Origin: the human T2T-CHM13v2.0 reference genome, Homo sapiens
NCBI RefSeq assembly: GCF_009914755.1
Contig: NC_060930.1
DNA length: 64,000 nt
Strand: one strand, 5' to 3'
The translations under genes were made by a program, and so were the position numbers. The notes beneath the pieces were generated by a model that did not search any database, was not told the DNA's origin, and saw only the letters and a list, made by a program, of their open reading frames with translations. Positions 13,640 through 28,120 of the stretch are shown one piece after another; within the stretch, counting starts at the first letter, position 1; every line of letters starts with the position of its first letter.

Positions 13640-14536
13640 CCCCTCCCAGGCTCTCTCCTCCCAGGCTCTCTCAGTGCCTCCTCATCTGTTTCTTTAGCTT
13701 TTGGATCTTGAGCACCAGGGCCTGGGCCCCCACCGACTCCTTCCCTTCCAGGAGGGCCTGGTCCAGCTCCAGCTGCTGTGCAAGCAACTCCTCAGCTTGG
13801 GCCAGCTCAGCTGTGTGGGGGGCTCAGGGCCCTGGTCAGAGGGAGTGGAGGAGGGAGCATCAGCCAGGGTAGAGGGGTTGAGGCCCTTGGAACCTGTGTT
13901 GCAAGATCTCATGGTAAGTGAGGAATTCGACCTCGTTTTCTCTTTTTCCAGCCCATTAGCTTAAGTCCACCTGTAGTGAGAATCCCAGGGAGCAACCTGT
14001 CTTGGGCATAGGCCTCTGGAGGGCAGATACAGATCCCTGGCTCAGGGGCTATATCTGGATGCCTTGAATGAGGATATGGGGTCACCGGAAAGAGACAACC
14101 AGATGTCTGTCCCCACTAATAAATGATTAACTGTTAGATGAGGGGGAATTCCTGTTCAAGGACTCTGGACTGTGCTGCTCTGGGCAGAGGGAGGGCTGGA
14201 GAGAGGGAGCCCTGAGGGCTGGGCTGGGGTGGGGGTGGAAGGAGCTGAGAGTTGGAAATAGGCAAAAAGCTGCAGAGGTGAGGGTAATGCAGGGTGGGAT
14301 TGAGAGAATTTCCCCCGACTACTGTACTGATCCCTTCATCTCCTCCACCCGAGCACTTGGAGCCACATAGCGGGTGGCCTCATCTTCCCACTGTCCCAGA
14401 AGCTGTTCTGCCCTTCCATACTTGCCTTGGAGTTTTGGGAGCAGCATGTTTATGAGCCCTGGGGTGCCAGGGACCAGGAGGGCAGGAGGAGGTGAAGAAA
14501 ACAGCACCGAGAGAGCCAGGGGAGTGGGAGGACTGT
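13640..14536 (-). pseudogene. MCCD1P1: MCCD1 unprocessed pseudogene
   Basis: Exon 1 ~14536-14367 reads TVLPLPWLSRCCFLHLLLPSWSLAPQGS*TCCSQNSKASME (start ATG>ACA); exon 2 from 13831 HTAELAQAEELLAQQLELDQALLEGKESVGAQALVLKIQKLKKQMRRH*; intron present. Confidence 0.9.
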
Positions 14537-15046
14537 GGCAGGTGAGGCAAGGAGCTGTCTGAGCCGCTCAGCAGCCTTCAGGAGGCTCTCTCCAGGCCTG
14601 TCTTCACTCCAGTGCCTGGCCCTACCCAGGCCCCCACTCCCGCTCTGCTCTCAAGCTGGCCCCAGACAGGATCCCAAACAACTCCTGTTCCTAATGTGAA
14701 AAATGTTTCTGCCGCTTTAGGCAGAACTTGCTTTAGAGCACTGGCACAGCCTTCCGCAGGTCTTGTGTCTGATTCTCTTGGCACTGTGCCTTTTTTCACT
14801 TATTCTTCTGCAAGGAAGGAATTATATCACTGGTTGGGTGAGGCAACTGGCTCAGAGGGGTTCACTGAGCACTCACCCACTGGGCAAGTGTCTGTCAGGG
14901 CCAGCTATGGCCAAGATGTGTCCAAGGCTCTATAGCTAGCTGGTGGAAAGGCCTGGAGGGTTCATATTCAGGTCCACCTGACTTGAAAACTTATATTGAC
15001 CTTACTTAAGTACTGATTCCCCCTTTATAATCCATGCCGCAAACTT

Positions 15047-15378
15047 CATTGTCTTATTTTAAGAAGTTGCCATAAGAGCCTTTAGCAACCACCCTCCTGA
15101 TCAGCCAGCAGTCATCAACATTGAGGCAAGACCCTGCCCCAGCAAAAAGATTAAGATTAGCTGAAGCCTCAGATGATCCTTAGCATTTTTGAGCAATAGA
15201 GTAATTTTAAATTAAGGTATATACATAGTTCTTTTATACATAATGCTATCATACACTTAATAGGCTACAGTAGAGTGTGAATATAACTTTTCTATGCACT
15301 GGAAAAACAAAAATTTGTGTGACTTGTTTGTTGCCATGGTCTGAAACCAAATCTGCAGTGTCTCTGAGGTACGTCTGT
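15047..15378 (+). mobile_element. Tigger1 DNA transposon 3' end
   Basis: cagcagtcatcaacattgaggcaagaccct...ctctgaggtacgtctg followed by TA. Confidence 0.8.
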
Positions 15379-17206
15379 AGTTTCCCTTTCCCTCTTCCTG
15401 CTGGCCCGGAATGACCTTGTTTCTTGCCCCTGTCTAGCCCTGCATGCTGCAGGGGTTTGCCTTCTCTGGTAGGTCTGGGAACTTTGCATCCTTGTAACCT
15501 TGGCTCCTGGCATATGACACTGGTACCAAGCTCTGTTGGACTAGTGAGCCTCCTCCCCACACACCTCCTGAACTAGAACCAAAGCTCTGTGCACGCACCG
15601 TGCATGTGTGAGCCAATGACAAGATGTTGTCTTCCTGCGAGTGTTCTGAAGGAGTGTTCTGTTGTGACTGGAGGACACAGCCGCAGGCCCCCCAGGCAGA
15701 GGTGGCTCAGAAGGGAGTGGATGGCCCCGGTTTTGATCATCTGGGGACAAGAAGGTCCTGAGATAAAAACCCATGTTTTGGAAAACAAAACTGCCCGAGA
15801 CTGAAAAGTGGCTAACCAATTCGCTATCTGGGACATCACTGCACACTGGGAGGGAAGATGGCTTCTGCCATGGTGTAGGGTCCCGGACCTAGACAAAGAG
15901 GCCTTCCTATGGCTCAGTGCTTCTGAAGCACCTTTAAATGAGGCCAAAGACCTCATGTTCATGATTAGCTGACTAGTTCCCACTCAGTGGAAAAAAAAAC
16001 CCAGAACTTTTGCAAAATTTTAGGAGAGAGGGATTTCCCTCTTGTCTCTTAGTGCTACGGTTATGCATGACTCATACTTGAATTGCAGTGTGTACACAGC
16101 TTAAGGACTTAACTATTAGAATACAAGAGGCCCAAACTACTGTTGTTATAGATATGTAAAACTATACGGTATAAGGTTAAACAACCCACAACTAATTAAC
16201 AGTGAAGATAAATTAACTACATTGCAAATTTAAAACAAGATTAGCAGCCCTTTAGAAAAAAAACAAAACACATGGGAGGTTGCAAAGGCAATCTAAATGA
16301 CACTCTAATAAAAATCCTTCATGAAAATGACATTTCAACCATCTGAGTTTCTGCTTTAAGTTATGAACTCCAAAATGGACTAACACCCAATAATTTACAG
16401 TAGGGAGGTCTAAGCCACCAAGAAAGGTGTCAGGGCAGACCTGAAACCTGGAATGAACACGCCCCCTCTCTCAGGGTAATGAGTAAATCCTCTAAGGCCC
16501 GTTCTATCTCAGACAGACCATCCACTCATAAGGAGGTCAAAAGAAAGTTCCACACAGCACTGAGACCCAACTACCTCATTGTCCTCACCTCCATGGACAG
16601 AGCCCAGGTGAGAGCCACCCCTGCTCCTCCTCCCTCATCTCCCACAGCCTCAGCACCATTGTCTGCGCCGAGTCCACCAGGACTCAGCTCATCATGTCCT
16701 TTCCCTGTTTGTGTCAGTGACACTGGGTCCCCCACATACTCTGCACTCACATCCCCACAAGGCTCTGCACACCACTATTCTGGCTCCCCAACCTCCCGAA
16801 CCACAGAAATCTTCCCAGTGCACCCCCTGGAATCTCAGTCAATGATCAACAAAACCTCCACACCCTCTCTCAGGATGTTCCTGCACCTCCCAGCTCCAGC
16901 AGCAACCTGGTCTCCCTGAGGACATGACCCCCTCTGAAGTCCTCCCACATAGGGGAGTTTCCCCCATGGACTTGTACCCCTGGGTTCAGAGGTGAGGTGG
17001 GGACCTTGCTCCTCACTGTGGTTCTCAGAACTTTCTGCCTCCCTCCTCCCTAAAACCCCTAGGCTGTCATCAGATTAGACCCCCATTCCCCTCATTGTAG
17101 CCATTCCCTGTGGGCCCCTGGCCTTTCCTCTCAATCCTGACTCTTGTAGCTCTTGGTTCACTGTCACCCTCTCCAGCAGTCTCCTTGACTGTTGGTGACT
17201 TCAACA

Positions 17207-17791
17207 TGTGGTGGGCTGAGTAATGGTCCCGAAAGAGGTCCAGTCTTAGTCCTTGGAACCTGTGAACAGGTTGCATTACATGGCAAAAGGGACTTTACTC
17301 ATGTAACGATGATTAAGGACCTTAAAATAGGGAGATTCTCCTGGACAATCTGTGTGGCCCCATTCAAATCAAATGAGCCACTAAAAGCAGAGAACCTGCC
17401 CTGGCTGGAGTCAGATTCTGCAGAGGAGGAAGGCAGAGGAGACATAGAAGAGGGGAGGTCAGACGTTCCAAGCAGGAGGATTGGATGTGCCTTAGGCACC
17501 ATGTGTGAGTAGCTGAAAGAAGATTCTAGGAGCTAAGCATGGCTCTTAACAAGGAAGTGGAAACCTCTGTTCTATGTGCAAGGAAGTGAATTCAGACAAG
17601 AACCTGAATGAGCTTGGAAATGGATTCTTCCCCAGAGTCTCCAGGAGGGAACACAGACCTGCCCATACCTTGATCTTAGCCCCATAAGACTGTGTGGACT
17701 TGCAACCTACAGGACTGTAACATGATAATTAGGTGCTGTTTAAAGCCACTTGGTTTGTGGTAATTCTTATGGCAGCAATAGACACCTATAC
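17207..17791 (+). mobile_element. MLT1 solo LTR
   Basis: tgtggtgggctgagtaatgg...catggcaaaagggacttt...aagccacttggtttgtggtaattcttatggcagcaatag...ataca. Confidence 0.8.
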
Positions 17792-18631
17792 AGCAGAGAA
17801 GATGCCCTTGCTCCCTGGACTCTCAGATCCTGGAACTCCTCTCCTCCATGACCTTCTCCTCTCTCTGCCTGAATCTCATGCCCCTGTCATCCCCTAGGCC
17901 TCATCATGCCCAAGAACCCCAGCCCTTCCATACTCTCAATTTCACACTTCCCACTCTCTGGCCATCTTTCCACTCATCCCATGCAAGGTGGCCACAGGCT
18001 CTGAGGACACAGACTCTATCATTTTATCATATGCTGTGAGGTAATATCAGTGACTACTCATTGCATATGTGCCTGCATTCCAGGCTTGAAGTCCACCCTT
18101 TAGCACATCAATTCCAACAATCCTTCGACCCCCACCCTGGGAATACCAATCCAGTGATTCCACCATCTACTCACTGTCCCTCATCGTTGATGTCTTCTCT
18201 AACTTCATGACCCAAACCACATGGGGAGCCCCCACCAGGGCCAGCAATCACCCTCTCCCTGCATGGCTTACCCTCAGCCTCCTCCTGGCCTGGGTGACCC
18301 TTACACACCTTCTCTCTGTGCTCACACATCCAACCCTCCTTCCCCATTCTTATCTCAGCTGACAACCTTGGTTCCTACCTCACTGAGAAAACTGAACACA
18401 TTAGAAGACAGATTCCATCACCATCTGCTCATGCATTTGCAGCTGCAACACATGTCAGGTGTTTTACCATGTTGGGGACTGTTGTGGGTAAACCATTCTG
18501 CTCCCATCAGAGCCAGTCCCTCTTCTGGTGCCCAAAATGTCATCCCTTATCATCTACTTAAAGGTGTCAGTTCATCAATTAATACCTTTTTTTCTCTTTA
18601 TCATCAACCTTTTTCCTCTCTCCCCACTGGA

Positions 18632-21600
18632 TCATTGTGGCAGTCATGAGAATGCACATCCCAGCCCCTCAGCTAGAGTAAGCAGAATTGATAGTGGCCT
18701 CAACTTTTGAATCCTGAAACCTATTGCCACATTTGCTCTGAGACCACACCTGCCCCCTGTCTTTTCCTGCCAATGACTGAGGAAAGCAGGGCAGAAACTA
18801 AGGCAGGAACATTTCTTCTCTGAAGGCTGACTGAAGCTCTAGGGCTTCCTGCCACGCTTACTGAACTTCTGTTAGCCTGCACAGGGTCTAGGATGCTTCC
18901 AGCTGACCTTCCTGCACTGTTTACCTCACTGGGGCTCAGAGTTGCTTTGTGGTCTGATGACATTCCCAGCATTTTCCGTCTGTGTCCTGAATTTCTCTCA
19001 TAACTATTTCCTCTAATAAATCCTTGCACATTGAATACTGTATTGGGGTCCGCTCCTCAGGGGACCCTAACTAACACAAGTAGTATGAAGGGTGATCCAT
19101 GAAAACAGGCAAAAATGAGAATTTGAAAAAAGCTTGCCCACTGCCTGGCAGGCCAAGAGGATGCCACCAGGGTTGTGGGAGACACAGAAATTCCATAGCA
19201 CAAGATGCAGCCGAGCTGCTATGGGTCTCACCAGTGCTGAGCTGAGAGGATGCCCTGGTTAGGGGAAGCTATGGCAGGTGGGGTGATAGAATGCCCTGCA
19301 CAATAATGACGGGGTTAGGGGGAAACCTACAAAGACAGTGGAGTTGGCTGGTTACTGCTCAGCTGCAATGATGCCCTGTGAAAGTATCATGAGAATCTGC
19401 AGATTGTTAACAGCTGTCACTGGCTACATGTGACAGCCTCTGCAGTGTCTCATGCACAGGTCTTTATCTCTTGTAGCGAAAGGGCAGATACCGTGGAATG
19501 GTAGCTGAAGACATCACTATGAGGGCCACAGTGCTCCAGAGAGGTTTGCCACTCAGCCAAGGCAGGCCTGTTACAGGAAAGTCAGGACCCTGGTGGGGAA
19601 ACCTGAGATTCTGCAAACAGGAACAGGGTTATCCGATGGGTGCCCTCCAGGATCCTCTGGGCATGCATAGGAGGCTCACCCTTCTCTAGTAATGGTTCCC
19701 ACTTCCTATGCTGGAAGATGCTACAGAAGTCTCACCCCCATGATACAGCAGGAATCCCACTGAAGAGCTTTGCAGGAACTAGCTGGCACGTCCCCATAGG
19801 AGGCCGAGGAGCACTTCTGGGATTGGAATTTGAGGGTGTTTGATCAAGGAACCAGAATTTCAAGCTGGAAGAATAAAAATCCTTTGGCTTGGAGGCACTT
19901 TCTCAAGGCATGGGTTTATCAAACACCCCAGGACTTTGATAAGGGGGGGGCCAAACCCACCGCTGGGGTGAATCCATATAGACTAGAAAAAATGATGCCT
20001 AACTCTCAACAAGGTAGACGTGACTTAGTTGCCCTGGAACTTGCACAGGATGGAATAACAAGGCTGAGGGAAGTGGGCATGGTGAAGGCCCACCAGTACC
20101 ATGCTCCACAAGACGGTCCAAAGGAAACACCTTCCACCAGAGCCTCAGAAACGTGATGGTGAGAGGGACCTGCATCATTAAGAAATGTCGGGGTGTTGTC
20201 CTCTGCAGGCTGGATGTGATGGTAGTAAAGATGACCCAGAGTTGCATTTATTAATATCCCTGGGGAGAGTGTGGCCCTGAAGAGACAAAGACCAAATGGT
20301 GGCAGTGACCTGAAAAAGCCAGAGGGCAGAGTTACTATGGCAAACTAAAAGGAGTAGCCAATAGGACTCAAGCTGCAGGGAATGTGGGGAAGGATAGTAG
20401 AGGGTGGTGTCCCAGGATTAGGACAGGAAGCCAACAAGGGCGCTGCTTGATATCTATGATAAGAAAGCAAGAATTGAGAAGCAGGAGGGTGAAGGTGTTT
20501 GACCCAATACAAAGTCATGATCCCATCCTCAATGCCTAGACCTCAGCCAAAGTTCAGATTCAGATCCCAGTGACAGAGGAGGAGTCCATATCCCTAGGAG
20601 GAATACCCTGCAACTCCGTGGAAGTAAATGCTGGCACAAGTCCCTCAGTCCTTCAGCAAAGGAACCTATAGCCATTTACTCAGGAGATTGTACACTGGCG
20701 AAAGGAAAGATGCAGAACTGGTCAGATTATTGACACTGAGTGAGAGCTGACATTGATGCCCAGATGCCCACAGCACTATCATGTCTCCCATCACAGTGGG
20801 GCTTACGGAGGTCAGGGAGTAAACCTGGACACATTACGGCCCACAATGGAACTACTGGATCCATAGACCCAGCCCTGGTTATCTTCCAATTCCCTGAGTG
20901 CATAATTAACACTGATGCACTGTTAAGTGGAGTCACCCCCACACTGGGTCCCTAGTCTGTGGAGTCAGGACTCTCATTGTGCTGAAAGCCAAAGGGAAAC
21001 CTCTGACGCTGCCCACATCCTGGCAAAAAAAAAAAAAAAAAAAAATCATAGTGTGTCCCAGGGTGTGTCTTGAGGAAGACACTGAAAGTAATGTGGGGGT
21101 CACACCACCATTAGAGAGCTGAAGGATGTGGGATGGTGTTGGGGTTGTCTATTGTCTCTACATAATCCAGCAACCTGTCCCTGAGGAAGCCTGATGAGGA
21201 CTAAAGAATGAATGAGATTACTCCAGGCCTGGCCAAGCAGGAATTATAATTGCAGCTTTTATGTTGTCTGGATATCACTGCAGAGCAGAATAATAAAGCC
21301 TCGGGCACACAGCGTGCAGCTATGGATTTGGTGAGTGCATTTCTTTCCACTCCAATTAGAAAGGGGATATGGAGCGATTCACATCCATGTGGGATCCACA
21401 ACACATTTATTTATAGTTTTTTCTCAGGGCTATTGTAACTCCCCTGCCCTATATAGTATGGTCTAAAGACAATACTAGACATACTGGATATTCTATAGGA
21501 TATTAAATCAGCTCATTTCACTGACAACTTCATGTTGACTGCGGTGAATGAGCAGCAGGTAGAAAGTGCACTGGAGTCATTGGCAAAACACACGCACTCC

Positions 21601-24110
21601 AGTATGTGAAGATAAACCTTACAGAGCTTCAAGAGTGGCCACTGAAGTGAAGTTTTATGGGTTAACAAGTGCCAAGTGTTTAGGGGAATGCAGGTGTGTT
21701 CCCCCCAAGGTAAAAGACAAACTGTTTCATCTTGCATCCTCACCAGAAGGAAGGAAGCACACTGCCTGATGAGCCTCTTTGAGTTCTGACAACACCACAT
21801 TCCACATCTAGGTACGTGCTTTGGCAAACACTCTAGGTGACATAGGAGGAGGCCAGCTTCAAGTAGGGCCTACACAGGAAAGGACCCTGCAGCAGATCCA
21901 GGCCATGGTGCAAGCAGCCAGCGTCCCTCAGACCCCCTGGGGCTGGTGGTGCCAGTGGTGGGGAAAGATGCAGGATGGAGCAGAACCAAGCACCAGTGGG
22001 AGAGTCACAGTGAAGGGCCTGGGATTCTGGAGTAAGATCATGTCATCCACAGCAGAGACATATGCCCCCTGTTAGAAGCAACTTTTAGTGTTCCTTGTAC
22101 TGATTTGATAGAAAGCTTGACCACAGGACACCAGGCAACTATGTGGTTCCAAGTGCCTTTGTGACCCACAACATCATAAATTGCACAGGCCCAACAGCAT
22201 TCATCATGAAGTGAAAATGGTCCACCTGGATTGAGCTTGAATCCCACGTTTACACCCACAGAAAACACCCAAGTCTGATGTGGCACTGAACAACCAAACA
22301 GACAAATGGCAGTTAGCCAGCCTTCACCATGGGTCAGCCCAGGCCTGGTAGGATGAGTGCATGAATGGAGCAACCACAGTGGCAGGCATGAGTGCCAGCA
22401 GCACTGACTTCCCCCTACCAAGGCAGATCCAGCTGCTGCCACCTCTGAATGTCCAACTCATCAGCATTTTAGGCCCATGATATGCCCTAGTGGGGCACTA
22501 TTTCTTTAGGTGACTAGTCATTAACTAAGAAGTTGACTACATTTACCTACTTCCATCCTGGAAGGACCAGAGGTTCATCTTCACAGGGTTAGGTACCTAT
22601 TCTAGGGGGGGTTTTCTGTCCTGCTCTCAGACACAGCCAGTACCACTCTCTAGGTGCTGTTGACATTCCTGGTCTGCAGGCTAGGCAGTGCTCCTAGCCC
22701 ATTATCTGCCTGAAGGATCCACTTGGCAAGGGAAAGATTCAGTGTTTCCATGGCTGTTGCTTCCACTAACCCTATCACCAGCTACTCTCCCCAGGGGCTG
22801 CCAGCCACAAGGAATGCCCCATATGTAGCCTCACACCTGCCACTGTGGTTGTTCCATTCATGTGCCCATCCTATCATGCATGGGCTGACCCATAGTGAAG
22901 GCTGGCTAGCTTCCATTTGTCTGTTTCGTTGTTTAATGACACTTCAGACTTGGCTGTTTTCTGTGGGTGTCAACATGGGATTCAAGCTCAACCCAGGTGG
23001 ATCATTTTCACCTCATGATGAATGCTGTTTGGCCTGTGCAATCTATGACTTTCTGGGTCACACAGGCACTTGGAACCACATAGTTGCTTGGAGTCCCGTG
23101 ATCTTCCACAGGCACAACTAAGTGCCAGCCTGGAGGAAGCACTCTGAGGGTTGCGTGCCATCTTTCAGGACATGGTGCGTTGTTTAAATCAGAGTCGTCT
23201 CTACAGTTCTGTGTTCGCAAGAGGAAGAACATGTGGGTCCAGAAATCAAACGGTGGAAGCAGGTATGGCTCCATGTCTAATCTCTTAGATTCACCTAATG
23301 GGGTATTTGACATGTTTTATCTCAGAACACTGGGCTGTGCAGGGTACGAGGTCCTGGTTTGCAAAGGAGGGTACCCTTAAAAGCAGACAAAAGACAGCCC
23401 ACTGAACTACACATTAAGTTTGTCACCAGAGAAGTGTGGACAGTATATGCCCAGAGACCACCTGGTGAGAAGAGGAGTCTCCTCCTCTCCAGGCCCAGGT
23501 AATAGATCCTCATCCCCAGGAGGAGGCATGGCTACTTTCACACAATAAAGGCAGAAGTGTGGAAACCAGAGATCCACCTGGGGGCCTTCTGTTTTCCCTC
23601 ACCCCATTGCAAGTGAGAGTAGAATTATCCAGCAATTCAGCCTGAGAGGATTTGATTTCCAAGGGCCCAGACCCATCAGGGCAGAAGGTTTGAGTCACAC
23701 TCCTGGGTAATCCTCCAAGGCCGTGCTCCTGTGCTCTGACATCCTCAGTGGCATTGGTGCTGAGGCCCTGCTTCCCATGGACTATTCCCAACCAGTGATG
23801 GGTCACACCAGTGACACTAAGGCAGGACATTCCTGGAAGACAGGGGACTCCTCTGATGGCCAGCTGTGGCTGGAGGACTCCTCCATAGCCTTGCTCAACT
23901 CTCCTTAGATTGCCTGTGGTCTAGGACATGTTAAGTAATCCTTCCTTCCTTCTTTCCATCACTGGGGGTCACACTTGCATCTTATTCTATTGCCTTTCCC
24001 AGGGTAACCTACCTCCCTCACCATATCGTCTGACAGGTGTGTCCCCTAATAAAATGCTGTAACTTTAATCCTATGATGGCACTTGCTTTTTGGAGCATTT
24101 GGACTACAAA
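18632..24110 (+). mobile_element. HERV16 (ERVL) provirus remnant with LTR16-type ends; P5/HCP5-family related sequence
   Basis: 5' LTR ~18632-19078 (aataaatcc...ctaactaacaca), degenerate pol words (AAMDLVSAFLSTPI), 3' LTR to ~24110; paralogous to 50755-54350. Confidence 0.75.
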
Positions 24111-26564
24111 ATCATTTTCGTCTGCACACCAGTGACCTCTTACTTATTCCAACGTGTAAAATCTTTTTGTTTATTCAACTTCTTCTACCTGCATTGGCTC
24201 CATTTTGCTGGTATTTGTATTATGTTTTTGAGTTCACCAATGTTTGTTGCTGTAAGTCACTAAATTTGGGGGTAGTGTTTTACACAGCAACAGATAACTA
24301 ATGAAGCCTTCTTACATTTCCGTTATTCGATAGAGGTTAACTACGTCTATTTTATTTCCTCCTATTTTGATAATATTAGCCATACAGAGGGTTTCCAGTT
24401 CCCAACGCCTATTCTTTTCTTTATTTTAGTTTCTTTTCTCCTTTGTTCCTTCTTTTTCTCTTTCCTTCTGTCCCTCCTTCCCTCTTTAATTCCATTCAAT
24501 CTCTCGCCCTCCTTCTCCCTTCCTCCTTTCCGTCCTTTTTCTTCCCCTTCCCCTTCCTTCTTTTCTTCTTTCACTCCTTCCTCAATTCCTCCTTCTTTCT
24601 CTCCCTTCCTCCATTTTTTCCTTTTTATTATGAAATTTTCCTAACATATTAAATAACCCCTACGTGATTGTGTTATCAGTAAGCATTTTCTGAATCTATA
24701 TGTCAAAAGTATAATACCATGGTATATGAGAAACAAGTAAACAACAGGAAGTTATTAACAGAGTCTGAATAAAAATGCCTGCTATAATTCTGCAGCCAAG
24801 ACAGTGGCTTTTAACTCAATTCCTTCAACTAGGTGTTTTCAGAACACATGAGTTTAAGTTGACACAATCACCTTGGAAATCATATTATCATTATCTAGTA
24901 TGGTTAAAGTCCATACAACATATCGTCCAACCCTCCCACTCCTAACCATACACTCTAGCGGGCTTTCTTGCCTATGTGCCCAGGAGACAGGCACACTGAT
25001 GTTTATGGCAAAAACTGGAATCAGCCACATATACATCAATAGGAAATATACATCAATAGGAAATTGTGGCATAAAATGTAAACCTTCAGCAGTGAAAATG
25101 AATGAATGACAGCCTCCCACACCACAGATAACTCCTGTACGTAATGTGCATCATGGGAAAATAAATGCAGTAGGAATTTTCTGTACAGGAAGCTTAAAAA
25201 CCAGCAAAAGTAAATAATTTTTTTTCAGATATATATATGTACATATATATATATACTTATTGTGCAAATCTTTAAAGAAATACAAAGGAATAAGGATCAC
25301 AAGACTCAGGATGGAGTCTGTCTCTGGGGGATGTGACTGGGCAGCAGCCCAGGGAAGCTTTACAGGTTTGTGTTTTACACCAGTGCTGGGCATCTTTTTA
25401 GTTACATGATTGTAATTTGTTAAACAGAGTTTTCAAATTAAAATATACCTGGTATTTATAAAAATGAAAGAGAAAAGAATACCAAAGTTCATTGCAAGGA
25501 TCCTTAACAAGAACTACTTACATTGAAAGAAAACCACAGAGAAATGTAAGCAGCCATGTGACAGAGAGGACCAGGATGTGATGAAAATGGTCTTGGTTAA
25601 TAATAGGTCATTTGATCCTTAGCTCACTGGCATCTCTCTGGATTTTCAAGTATACAATGTTCAATCTGATGTGCAAGGTAATTCCTTCTTGCAAAGGATT
25701 TGGTGTTACATTTTACCACACATACAACTGAATTAAACTTTCACAGAATTGGAAATACACATCACTGATCAAAATAAATGAAACAAGAAAAGAGTAGAAA
25801 GGAACAACCAGTGATGGAATAGCAAATATGAATGGAAAGCAAAATAAGACAGCTAAAAAAAAAAAAAAAAAAGAAAGCTTCAGAAGCACATAATAGCAGT
25901 GCTATTTAGAACTGTAGTAGTGTCCAAATCACTTCTACCACATCTCATGCAATACCACACCCAAAAATGTTAAGTTTACAATAGAATGCCCCTGAGCCGT
26001 TTTTGGAAAAAATTTGATTCTCAATTCGAGTTAAGCATTTTGGGCTACTGCATCAAACCAAAGTTACTGGCATTATGCTAAGCTAGATGTGTTGACTGAA
26101 GTATGAGATTCCCATTTTTGTAAATGAGAAGCAATCTGATTATGCAATTTTTTCTAAGTGAAAGCAAGTTTATTAGAGAAGTAAAGAAACAAAAGAATGG
26201 CTACTCCATAGACAGAGCAGTGTGTGTGTATTTTTTTTTTAAGTGTAGGCAAATGTTTTCTGAAGATGATATGTCAATAAGAAAATTGGCACTTGGGGCA
26301 TACTTCCACTAAATTTGAGACATCTTAGACAAAACAAAGACTTATTTTCAAGGCATCATTCTTATGGCACTGAAGTCTTGGAACTATTTGATCTAGTTAC
26401 TCTATGTTCTCAACTGTGTTAACTTATTGAAGAACATTGTTATTAAAGGTATTTACAAGAGAAACGCAGAGATACTGTTGTTTCTCCTTTCTCTGTCTCA
26501 AACTGTTTTCCCTGCAGCACCCAAGGCTCTGTCATGTCTCAAACATTTAATCATTAATTTAAAA

Positions 26565-28120
26565 AGAGAAGCTTATCACAGAATTAGAAAAAAAAATTTG
26601 AAAATTCATATGGATCCAAAAAAGAGGTTGTGTAGCCAGGAGAATGCTAAGCAAAAAGAATAAAGCTGGAGGCATCAGGCTATCCTACTTAAAACTATAC
26701 TATAAGGCTAAAGTAACCAAAACAGCATGGTACTGGTAGAAAAACAAGCATATAGACCAACAGAACAGAATAGAAAACTCAGAAATAAGACCTCACATCT
26801 ACAACCATGTGATCTTCAACAAACCTGACAAAAACAAGCAATGGGGAAAGGAAACGCTATTTAATAAATGGTGCTGGGAAAACTGGCTAGCCATATGCAG
26901 AAAATTGAAACTGGACCCCTTCTTTACACCTTACACAAAAATTAACTCAAGATGGATTAAAGACTTAAATGTAAAACCCAAAACTAGAAAAACCCTGAAA
27001 GAAAATCTAGGCAATACCATTCAGGACATAGGCATGGGCAAAGATTTTATGATGAAATTGCCAAAAGCAACTGCCACAGAAGCAAAAATTGACAAATGGG
27101 ATCTAATTAAACAAAAGAGCTTCTGCACAGGAAAAGAAACTATCATCAGAGCGAAAAGGAGACAACCTACAGAATGGGAGAAAATTTATGCAATCTATTG
27201 ATCTGACAAAGGTCTAATATTCATAATCTAAAAAGAACTTAAGCAAATTTACATGAAAAAAACAACTTCATTAAGAAGTGGACAAAGCACATGAACAGAC
27301 ACTTCTCAAAAGAAGACATACAGGTGGCCAAAAAACATATTTTAAAAAGCTCAATATCACTGATCGTTAGAGAAATGCAAATCAAAACCACAATAAGATA
27401 CCATCTCATGCCAGTCAGAATGGCAATTATTAAAAAGTTAAGAAACAACAGATTCTGGCGAGGTTGTAAAGAAATAGGAATGCTTTTACACTGTTGGTGG
27501 AAATGTAAATTGGTTCAACCAATGAGGAAGGCAGTGTGGTGATTCCTCAAAGATTTAGAACCAGAAATACCATTTGACCCAGCAATCCCATTGCAGGGTA
27601 TATACCCAAAGGAATATAAATCATTCTATTATAAAGATATGTGCATGTGTTTGTTCATTGCAGCACAATTCACAACAGCAAAGACATGGAATCAACCCAA
27701 ATGCCCACCAATGAGGGACTAGATAAAGAAAATATGATACATATATGCCATGGAATATTATGCAGCCATAAAAAGGAATGAGATCAAATCCTTTGCAGGG
27801 ATATGGATGAAGCTGGAAGCCATTATCCTCAGCAAACTAACACAGGAACAGAAAACCAAACACCGCATGTTCTCACTTATACTTGTGAGCTGAACAATGA
27901 GAACACATGGACACAGGGAGAGGAACAACACACACTGCGGCCTGTTGGGGGAGGGCGGTGGTGGTGGGAGCATTAGGAAAAATGGCTAATGCATGCAGGG
28001 GTTAATACCTAGGTTATGGGTTGATTGGTGCAGCAAACTGCCGTGGAACCCGTTTACCTGTGTAACAAACCTGCACATCCTGCATATGTACCCTGGAACT
28101 TAAAATTAAACTAAATTAAA
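26565..28120 (+). mobile_element. L1PA/PB ORF2 3' end plus 3'UTR
   Basis: ORF 26809-27201 [55 protein letters not shown]; L1 3'UTR and A-rich tail. Confidence 0.93.

Noticed and set aside
24410-24625. Polypyrimidine tract (also ~39170-39355) with triplex potential and Lys/Glu-rich ORFs
   Set aside because: Ordinary low-complexity sequence; no evidence of function
26809-27542. L1 ORF2 ORFs as functional CDS
   Set aside because: 5'-truncated, frameshifted fragments
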